DNA from: an uncultured Spirochaetaceae bacterium
GTDB taxonomy: Bacteria > Spirochaetota > Spirochaetia > Sphaerochaetales > Sphaerochaetaceae
Direction: 5' to 3'
DNA: 64,000 nucleotides
Assembly: GCA_944389505.1 (NCBI GenBank)
Contig: CALXMP010000010.1
Location: 4,267-68,266, forward strand
The notes below the pieces were generated by a model. That model had not been told where the DNA came from. It searched no databases and worked only from the letters and a program-made list of their open reading frames with translations. Position 1 is the first letter of the stretch; each line of letters starts with the position of its first letter. The position numbers and the translations under genes are program-made. Below are positions 57,683 to 64,000 of this stretch, in pieces.

Positions 57683-57889
57683 TCAGACGGAAACCATGTT
57701 CCCGCCCCTGTCTGCCCAGGAGTTATCTCCTGAGGCATAGCGCCTCTTGTAGTCCCGGACCGTATATAGATTCAGTCCTGCAAGCTGCGCCGTCTTCTTA
57801 TAACCGTAACCCTCTTCAAAGAGCTTTAAGCATTCCTTACGTTTCTCAGCTGGAATCCTGTGCCGGAGGGACGTATTCTTATCTTCCAT
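57683..57889 (-). CDS. Orphan helix-turn-helix protein resembling the N-terminal (OrfA) HTH of IS3-type transposases
   Basis: 68 aa, KRKECLKLFEEGYGYKKTAQLAGLNLYTVRDYKRRY. AGGAGG lies 5 nt before the ATG. No catalytic ORF follows. Confidence 0.55.
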   Translation of the reverse strand: MEDKNTSLRHRIPAEKRKECLKLFEEGYGYKKTAQLAGLNLYTVRDYKRRYASGDNSWADRGGNMVSV

Positions 57890-57903
57890 AGCGTCCTCCT
57901 AAC

Positions 57904-57928
57904 CCCACCCAGTCTGCTGCTGGGTGGG
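57904..57928 (-). other. Strong intercistronic hairpin between the lipoprotein and HTH genes
   Basis: CCCACCCAG, a 7-nt loop, then CTGGGTGGG (perfect 9 bp). On the coding (minus) strand the T-run precedes the stem, so it is not a canonical terminator. Confidence 0.6.
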
Positions 57929-57945
57929 AAAAACAAGCATTCTGA

Positions 57946-59244
57946 TTAAGCGTCCTGACCAGCCGAATACTGAAGAGTTACTGTCTTGTAAAGTCTTACA
58001 GGCTCATATCCCTGGTAAGAAATATAGCAATATACATCTACAGTCTTAGTCTCAGCATCCTGAGCAGGAATCTCGAAATCCATAACTGTATCTGTTGTTA
58101 CTGTATATTCCACCTTTGCCTCTCCATTCAGATTCTTAAGACCATTTGTTTCATCAAGTTTTACATATGGAGTGAGATCTGCAGGAACGCTACCTGAAGC
58201 GAGTGCAACATCCATATTCTGCTTAATTGCGAGAGCGGTTTCTGATGTCATTGGAACAACAGCATTCTTTCCAGTTCCAATATTGATGGTAGCTTTCTGG
58301 GTCTGTGAGAGTTCAGGATCATTTACAAAGATATTTGCCTCAAATGACTTTGCCTTATCAACAGTAATCTTAATGGTTCCATCTGATTCTGCGCTAACAG
58401 CACCATATTTATCGCCTGTCTTTGCCTGAATTACGTATCCACCATTTGCTACAGGAGTGAGGGATTCCTTTCCATCCTTCTCGTAAACCTTATTGACAGT
58501 AATAGTTACTACATCATCAATAAAGAGAGAAGAAGGAAGTTCTGTCAGTGCTTCATCATAAGCCTCTCCTGTTACAGAGTATGTAAGACGAATACCCTTG
58601 AGCTCACTCTTTGACTCTGTTGCAGGTACAACATTGATTGTAGCTACAGATTCTGTTTCTACTTCGTCACCATCATATGTAACCTCAAAAGGAATCTGAT
58701 ATGTGCCTGCTGTCGTTCTCTGCTCAACAGAGATATTTGCTTTAACTGTTACACCACTAGTAGCTGTAAACGATGCATCCCCATTTGAAAGCACTACAGA
58801 ATCAACTGTGATATAAGTCTTCGCTGGGCTAGAATCCTTAATTACCTCTGTTACAAGATCCTTTTCGGAAAGACCGGCGCCAGTGACAACAGTATAATCA
58901 GCATTTACAGTAGCATTAACTACAGCAGATGTCGGATCAACAACATTTGCCTTAAATGTAGCCTGAAGATCTTCGTTGATTTTAGCTGTAACCGTGTAAT
59001 CTCCAGTAGACCAATTAGGAGCCGATACAATTCCTGTGGAACCAACTGTAGATGTGCTTCCATCTGTGTAGTGAAGTGTGACAGTAAAATAGTTTGCGTC
59101 AAACGGCTGACCTGAAATAAATGCTGTCGTCTGATTTACTGAAATAAAGTCCGCGTTCTTGTAAGTAGGCATCTGCTGCTCACAAGCTGTGAATGCAACA
59201 AGCATCATAGCCGCGACCATGATTGTAAGAATCGTTTTCTTCAT
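57946..59244 (-). CDS. Surface lipoprotein, Thr/Val-rich, probably Ig-like beta-sandwich repeats
   Basis: MKKTILTIMVAAMMLVAFTAC lipobox, 432 aa, AGGAG RBS. Visibly lower GC than its neighbours. Confidence 0.8.
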   Translation of the reverse strand: MKKTILTIMVAAMMLVAFTACEQQMPTYKNADFISVNQTTAFISGQPFDANYFTVTLHYTDGSTSTVGSTGIVSAPNWSTGDYTVTAKINEDLQATFKANVVDPTSAVVNATVNADYTVVTGAGLSEKDLVTEVIKDSSPAKTYITVDSVVLSNGDASFTATSGVTVKANISVEQRTTAGTYQIPFEVTYDGDEVETESVATINVVPATESKSELKGIRLTYSVTGEAYDEALTELPSSLFIDDVVTITVNKVYEKDGKESLTPVANGGYVIQAKTGDKYGAVSAESDGTIKITVDKAKSFEANIFVNDPELSQTQKATINIGTGKNAVVPMTSETALAIKQNMDVALASGSVPADLTPYVKLDETNGLKNLNGEAKVEYTVTTDTVMDFEIPAQDAETKTVDVYCYISYQGYEPVRLYKTVTLQYSAGQDA

Positions 59245-59276
59245 TTGATTCTACTCCTCTGATTAATATCACGGAT

Positions 59277-59343
59277 AGGCTACCCCCCCCCCGGTTGTGT
59301 TTTGTCAAGGAGTTTTTTGAAGATTTTTGATTCTTTTTGAAAA
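59277..59343 (-). promoter_or_regulatory. Promoter region of the lipoprotein gene: phased A-tracts, a consensus -35 box and a G-tract spacer
   Basis: Minus strand: TCAAAAAgaaTCAAAAAtctTCAAAAAact (10-bp phasing), TTGACA (59303-59308), aaacacaacc, G10, then TAGCCT / TGaTATTAA -10 candidates. Confidence 0.55.
59283..59292 (-). repeat. Homopolymeric G10 tract (C10 on the plus strand)
   Basis: Counted directly: c x10 at 59283-59292, 39-48 nt upstream of the lipoprotein ATG. Confidence 0.95.
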
Positions 59344-59353
59344 TTGTACCGAA

Positions 59354-60208
59354 TCAGTAAAGCTCCAGCTTGGATAGATAGCTGTTAAGCAGCTGCAAGC
59401 GTTCGCCAGTATGAGTATCTGAATATCTATTCAATTCATTGCTTATAGCCTCAATCAGGAAAAATATGCCTAGATATGAATTGAATGCAGTGGGACTTGA
59501 TACATCCGCAACCAGTACCTCATCGGCATGGTATGCCAATGGGGATGTGAGCTTATCGACAATAGCGATAAGCCTGCATCCTGCATTGCGTGCCATATCG
59601 GCTAATGTGCATGTCATCTTCGAGTAGCGTTCTGTTCCAATCAGGATGGCACAATCCTTCTCACCATAGCCAAGGAATGTCTCTATGCATCCTGAATCAG
59701 CACTGACAGCGTATTCTACATGAGGGATATACTGCGAGAGCAGGACTCCAAGATAGCATGCGGCAGAGGCAGATCCTCTGAAGCCCGCAACGAATATATG
59801 CTCACTTGCAAGAAGCAGTTCGACAACGTGCTGGATTGACCTGTTACTATTCTTCGATAATGTATTCGCCAGATTCTGCTGTATCTTCTCAAGGAACTGG
59901 AAGCTCCCGATATCCTTTGAAGTCTCAGTCTTCTCCGGAAGCTTCTGATACGGCAGGACATACTTGTCATTATCCAATGTCTCAGAAAGATCCTTCTGCA
60001 GACGCTGCTGCAGATCCTTGAATCCGCTGTAGCCAAGTGTCCTGCAAAGCCTGATCACAGATGTATCGCTGACATGTAGTGCAAGAGCAATATCCTTAGA
60101 GGTCATGAAGTACAGAGAGCCTCTGTTATCCAGAAAGAAATCCGCGATCTGACGCTCTGTCTTAGTCATCCTTGCGTTCTTTATCCGTTCCTCAAGATCC
60201 AGGCCCAT
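59354..60208 (-). CDS. MurR/RpiR-family transcriptional regulator (HTH plus SIS domain)
   Basis: N-terminal HTH_6-like (MTKTERQIADFFLDN...SDTSVIRLCRTLGYSGF) and SIS domain. AGGAGA before the ATG. Confidence 0.9.
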   Translation of the reverse strand: MGLDLEERIKNARMTKTERQIADFFLDNRGSLYFMTSKDIALALHVSDTSVIRLCRTLGYSGFKDLQQRLQKDLSETLDNDKYVLPYQKLPEKTETSKDIGSFQFLEKIQQNLANTLSKNSNRSIQHVVELLLASEHIFVAGFRGSASAACYLGVLLSQYIPHVEYAVSADSGCIETFLGYGEKDCAILIGTERYSKMTCTLADMARNAGCRLIAIVDKLTSPLAYHADEVLVADVSSPTAFNSYLGIFFLIEAISNELNRYSDTHTGERLQLLNSYLSKLELY

Positions 60209-60253
60209 AACTATCTCCTATACAAGCAATTCCGCGAGAATTATCAGCGCAGC

Positions 60254-60272
60254 AACAACAAATATTGTTGTT
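60254..60272. promoter_or_regulatory. Inverted repeat AACAACAA-ata-TTGTTGTT in the rpiR/nhaC divergent region
   Basis: Perfect 8-bp arms, 46 nt upstream of the rpiR-family ATG. A candidate operator. Confidence 0.4.
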
Positions 60273-60436
60273 ACGGCAATATTCTAATTCTCGATTGCAG
60301 AAATTGCAATAAAATCATTGAAATGCCCTATTCACGCTATTGACGGTTGCATTCAGGCGTTTTGAAAATACACACAAGATAGGAAATCTGTGTATTTCTA
60401 TCTGCATCTCTGACTTGGAAATGGAGGATTTATCCT

Positions 60437-61810
60437 ATGGAAAAACCGCAGAAACGCATGGAATTCTATGGCGGACTTTTCGGGGCATGCTTACCACTGC
60501 TGGTATTCCTGGCCCTTATGGTAGTCATTGCAGTGACAGGAAGGGTATCGCTTGTTCTATTCTGCATGGCAGGGCTTGCAGGAATGTGCACGGCATTCCT
60601 TCTGGCAAAGAGCAAGAAGGAATTTGAGGAAGCCGTAATCAAGAGCATCCAGAATGATACGCTTTGCGTTATCGTATTCGCTTTCCTTCTCGCAGGCGTC
60701 CTTTCGCAGGAGCTTCGCCAGAGTGGGCTTGTCGAAGGCCTTACATGGCTGATGACAGCGGTCAATCTGCATGCAGGCTTTCTGCCTCTTATCGCATTCC
60801 TCACCTGCTGTCTGATCTCGACCGCTACAGGAACATCGAATGGAGCAATTGTCGCAGTGCTTCCAGTGCTTCTTCCAGTATCCGTCAGTCTTGGTGCTGA
60901 ACCTGCGGTAATGGTTGGTGCTATCGTCAGCGGATCTGTATTCGGCGACAACCTCGCACCGATCTCCGATACAACAATCGCATCAGCGCTGACTCAGGGC
61001 GCAGAGGTCCGTGATGTCGTGCGCACACGTCTTCCCTACTCGCTCATCGGCGGCGTAGTATCCGCAATCCTCTTCGTCATCATTGGATTCAGCACAACTG
61101 ACGGTGGTATGGTCACAGAGCTTGTCGATGCATCATATGCGAAGTCGCTTGTGCTCCTGATCATCCCTGTCATCATGATTGTCCTCATGCTCAAGGGCTG
61201 GAACCTGATCTCTACGCTTATCATCTGTGATCTTGCAGGTTTCATACTCTGCCTGGTAATGGGACTTATCACACCATCGGCAATGTTCTCCGCAGCAGGT
61301 CCGATCGGAGGTGGAATAACAAGCATGCTGAATGTAATCTGCTTCAGCTTCTTCATCTTCGTGCTCCTTGAGATGCTCACAAGAAGCGGCGTATTCGAGA
61401 TGCTTCTTGAAAAGGCCTCAAGCATCAGCAAGTCCCCTCGCTCAGCAGAGCTTACATGCGTGCTCATCTGTATTGTTGCCAGCATAGCAACAGGAGCTGC
61501 CTCGATCTCAATCCTTGTCATAGGACCAATCGTGAAGAAGCTCTTCAGACCTTATAATCTGGAAATCACACGTGCATCGAACATCATGGATGGATTCTGC
61601 ACGGGACTTGGCGGATGCGTACCTTACAACCCGATCAGCATGAATGCTGTAAGCCTTGCTATCGCAAGCGGCGTTGTCGGCGAGTCATTCTCATTCCTTG
61701 ATTATCTCCCGTACAATTTCCACAGCATGATGCTTTTCATTCTGTTCCTTATCAGTATCCTGACAGGTATCGGAAGACGCTTTGAGAAAACAAATGGAGA
61801 GGCAAAATAA
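60437..61810 (+). CDS. NhaC-family transporter (Na+/H+ antiporter-like; the family also includes amino-acid and organic-acid carriers)
   Basis: 457-aa polytopic protein with NhaC-like topology. GGAGGA before the ATG. Confidence 0.75.
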   Translation: MEKPQKRMEFYGGLFGACLPLLVFLALMVVIAVTGRVSLVLFCMAGLAGMCTAFLLAKSKKEFEEAVIKSIQNDTLCVIVFAFLLAGVLSQELRQSGLVEGLTWLMTAVNLHAGFLPLIAFLTCCLISTATGTSNGAIVAVLPVLLPVSVSLGAEPAVMVGAIVSGSVFGDNLAPISDTTIASALTQGAEVRDVVRTRLPYSLIGGVVSAILFVIIGFSTTDGGMVTELVDASYAKSLVLLIIPVIMIVLMLKGWNLISTLIICDLAGFILCLVMGLITPSAMFSAAGPIGGGITSMLNVICFSFFIFVLLEMLTRSGVFEMLLEKASSISKSPRSAELTCVLICIVASIATGAASISILVIGPIVKKLFRPYNLEITRASNIMDGFCTGLGGCVPYNPISMNAVSLAIASGVVGESFSFLDYLPYNFHSMMLFILFLISILTGIGRRFEKTNGEAK

Positions 61811-62991
61811 TGGAATATCGTTTCAACGAAACACTCAAGACAATCCCGCCTTCGGCATCTCTCGCAATCGGAGAGAAGGCAAAGGCTCTTAAGGCCGCGG
61901 GCGTTGATCTTATCACGCTTGCTACAGGCGAACCCGACTTCGATACTCCAGATGCTGCACGTATCGCAGGCATCAAGGCTATCGCAGAGGGGCATACACA
62001 TTACACGGAATCAAGGGGTATCAAGCCACTGAGGGAAGGAATCGCACGCATGCTTAAGGAAGACTGCGGCATTGCATGCGATGCCAGCAATATCCTTATG
62101 GCCCCCGGTGGAAAATACGCAATATACGAGACAGTACGCACACTTATTAACCCGAATGCTGGCGAAGAGGTAATGATTCTCAATCCATGCTGGGTTTCAT
62201 ATGCTCCTATTGTAATGGCAGCAGGTGGTGTACCAGTTGGTGTAGGGCTCTCATTCAAGGACAACTACCGCATCAACCGTGATGTCCTTGAATCTTGCGT
62301 AACAGATAAGACAAGACTTCTCATCATCAACTACCCCACCAATCCTACAGGCTGTGTACTCTCACGCGAGGAAGCAGAGATCCTTGCGGATTTCGCGCTC
62401 GCACATGACGTGCTTGTCCTTGCTGATGAGGTCTATGGAAGAATCGTCTATGACGGCGCAGAGAATGTAAGCCTTGCAAGCATCGAGCGTGCCGCAGACC
62501 ATGTTATTACCATCAACGGCTTCTCGAAGTGTGTTGCAATGACAGGCTGGAGGCTCGGATACCTTTGCGCTCCGAAGGAAATCGTGGACATGGTGCAGAT
62601 GCTGAACCAGCATACGATCAGCTGCCTCAGCGATATATCCATGGAAGCAGCCCTCGCTGCCCTCGACTGCAAAGAGGAGATGGATGAGATGGTTGAAAGC
62701 TACCGCCGCCGCAGGGACTTCTTCGTAGAGGGACTCAACTCTATCCCAGGAGTCACCTGCCATCTCCCCAAAGGCGCATTCTACGCATGGGCAAAGATGG
62801 ATATCGGAGGCAGAAGCAGCCAGGAAGTCGCTTCATATCTTCTTGAAGAAGCACGGGTAGCAACAGTTCCCGGCGATGCCTATGGCCTTGGCGGTGAAAG
62901 CTGCGTAAGGATGTCATTCGCAACAGCTGAGAAGGATCTCAGGGAAGCTCTGAGAAGAATGGATGAGGCCATCCGCAAGATCAATAAATAA
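61810..62991 (+). CDS. Class I/II PLP-dependent aminotransferase (aspartate-aminotransferase-like)
   Basis: NGFSKCVAMTGWRLGY PLP-lysine motif and NYPTNPTG. ATG overlaps the upstream TAA (TAATG). Confidence 0.93.
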   Translation: MEYRFNETLKTIPPSASLAIGEKAKALKAAGVDLITLATGEPDFDTPDAARIAGIKAIAEGHTHYTESRGIKPLREGIARMLKEDCGIACDASNILMAPGGKYAIYETVRTLINPNAGEEVMILNPCWVSYAPIVMAAGGVPVGVGLSFKDNYRINRDVLESCVTDKTRLLIINYPTNPTGCVLSREEAEILADFALAHDVLVLADEVYGRIVYDGAENVSLASIERAADHVITINGFSKCVAMTGWRLGYLCAPKEIVDMVQMLNQHTISCLSDISMEAALAALDCKEEMDEMVESYRRRRDFFVEGLNSIPGVTCHLPKGAFYAWAKMDIGGRSSQEVASYLLEEARVATVPGDAYGLGGESCVRMSFATAEKDLREALRRMDEAIRKINK

Positions 62992-63002
62992 GGACAAAGG
63001 AT

Positions 63003-63683
63003 ATGGCAAATTCGGTAAACAAAAGAATACGCACTGATTTCAAACGCCCAGCAGCAGAGCTGATCGGCAAGTTCAAAGGTATTCCCGCAGCGAACATCGA
63101 TGATGCAATGCAGCGCATGGCATCCATGAATAGCCGCATCCGTCCATTCGCAAAGCATGAAATGCTCGGACCGGCTTTCACGGTAAAGGTGCCCTATGGC
63201 GATAACCTGATGCTTCACAAGGCCATGTCACTCGCAAAGCCTGGTGACATACTCGTGATCCAGTGCGAAGAGAGCACGGAGCGTGCTATCTTCGGCGGGC
63301 TCATGGTCAGGGAGATGCTTGGCCTTGGTCTTGGCGGCATAGTTGTGGATGGAGCAATCAGGGATGCTGATGAAATCGCAAGAATCGCTGATTTCCCTGT
63401 CTACGCAACAAGCACAAGCCCGAATGGCCCCTACAAGAATGGACCGGGAGAAATCAATTACCCCGTCTCTGTAGGAGGACAGGTTGTATGTCCAGGGGAC
63501 ATAATCTGCGGAGATGGCGATGACGTGATCGTAATCCCTCAGGATGTTGCTGAGGATGTCGCAGCAGCTGCCCAGCAGGTTGTTGCAAAGGAAGAGGTGA
63601 TGCTTGACCAGATTGTGAACAGCCATCTCGACCGCTCATGGGTTGACCCGAAGCTTGACGAGCTGAAGGTTGAAATCAACTGA
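63003..63683 (+). CDS. RraA-family protein (HMG/CHA-aldolase / oxaloacetate-decarboxylase-like)
   Basis: FGGLMVREMLGLGLGGIVVDGAIRD signature, 226 aa. Confidence 0.9.
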   Translation: MANSVNKRIRTDFKRPAAELIGKFKGIPAANIDDAMQRMASMNSRIRPFAKHEMLGPAFTVKVPYGDNLMLHKAMSLAKPGDILVIQCEESTERAIFGGLMVREMLGLGLGGIVVDGAIRDADEIARIADFPVYATSTSPNGPYKNGPGEINYPVSVGGQVVCPGDIICGDGDDVIVIPQDVAEDVAAAAQQVVAKEEVMLDQIVNSHLDRSWVDPKLDELKVEIN

Positions 63684-63718
63684 GGCAATCGTAACCCAAC
63701 GATAGCATAGATCTGCAT

Positions 63719-63746
63719 CGGGGAATCATATTCCCCGGTGCTTTTA
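63719..63746 (+). terminator. Rho-independent terminator of the nhaC-aminotransferase-rraA operon
   Basis: CGGGGAAT-cat-ATTCCCCG followed by GTGCTTTTAC. Confidence 0.65.
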
Positions 63747-63874
63747 CTCTGCGGGCAGCTGGGGATTTTAAAAAAAAACTACTCTGCGTGTAGCTGATAC
63801 ATAATGCAGTATCCGCATATATAATATAGAATTAGCTCAGAATCATAAAAACCAGGTTAAAAAGCAATCAAATT

Positions 63875-63911
63875 CAAAGAAAAGAGCCCTTGGATATTGT
63901 TCCAAGAGCCC
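63875..63911 (-). terminator. Terminator for a minus-strand gene that starts beyond the window end
   Basis: Minus strand: GGGCTCTTGG-aacaatat-CCAAGGGCTC (10 bp, two G-U pairs) followed by TTTTCTTTG. Confidence 0.5.
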
Positions 63912-64000
63912 GAGATCGCATACGGAATCCACTTATTCCATATTACCTGTAGGTACAAGATTTGAGGAATTATCATCGATACGGATGATGAGTGTGCTAC

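Noticed and set aside
57394-57889. Calling an IS element or transposase pseudogene here.
   Set aside because: Only a 68-aa HTH ORF resembles a transposase OrfA. There is no DDE/OrfB remnant in any frame that I could read, and no terminal inverted repeats bracketing the region.
1-64000. CRISPR arrays, rRNA/tRNA genes, retron or DGR-type elements, integrases.
   Set aside because: I read all intergenic regions longer than 50 bp and found no regularly spaced repeats, reverse transcriptase, recombinase or structured-RNA hallmarks. This was done by eye only; a covariance-model scan would be the definitive check.

Overview
This is a chromosomal segment from a roughly 50% GC bacterium. The gene content suggests a Spirochaetota (Treponema-like) genome: a eukaryote-type hexokinase, an archaeal-type UMP-kinase-like gene, a CBS-DHH pyrophosphatase, many signal-peptide and lipoprotein genes, and a single bifunctional RelA/SpoT. 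That taxonomic call is inference only.

Most of the window is housekeeping: glgA, cysS, murB, ackA, glnS, argH, ssb-like, sbcB, prfA-prmC-relA/spoT, rpiB and pdxK.

Interspersed with these are three tightly coupled, regulator-headed transport and catabolic operons:
1. LacI - TctCBA - two Gfo/Idh/MocA oxidoreductases - a xylose-isomerase-like TIM barrel (8.6-15.6 kb).
2. LacI - ABC sugar transporter - GH2 - ureidoglycolate-lyase-like cupin - GH13 - deaminase-like amidohydrolase (47.6-57.3 kb).
3. RpiR, divergently followed by NhaC-family transporter - aminotransferase - RraA-like aldolase (59.4-63.7 kb).

I saw no rRNA, tRNA, CRISPR array, complete mobile element or recognisable multi-gene defence system. 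I do not think the window contains a clear novel multi-gene system.

The most striking sequence-level signal is a G10 homopolymer. It sits between a consensus -35 box (preceded by phased A-tracts) and the -10 region of an AT-richer surface-lipoprotein gene (57.9-59.3 kb). This looks like a slipped-strand phase-variation switch.

Other items worth a second look:
- An unannotated 56-aa basic protein with its own promoter, SD and terminator (151-388).
- A NifX-like protein with a His/Cys-rich tail, just upstream of sbcB.
- An SSB paralogue with a non-canonical tail.
- Perfect palindromic LacI-type operators.
- A recurrent pattern of convergent genes overlapping at their 3' ends.

All functional calls come from reading motifs in the translated ORFs; no database search was possible.
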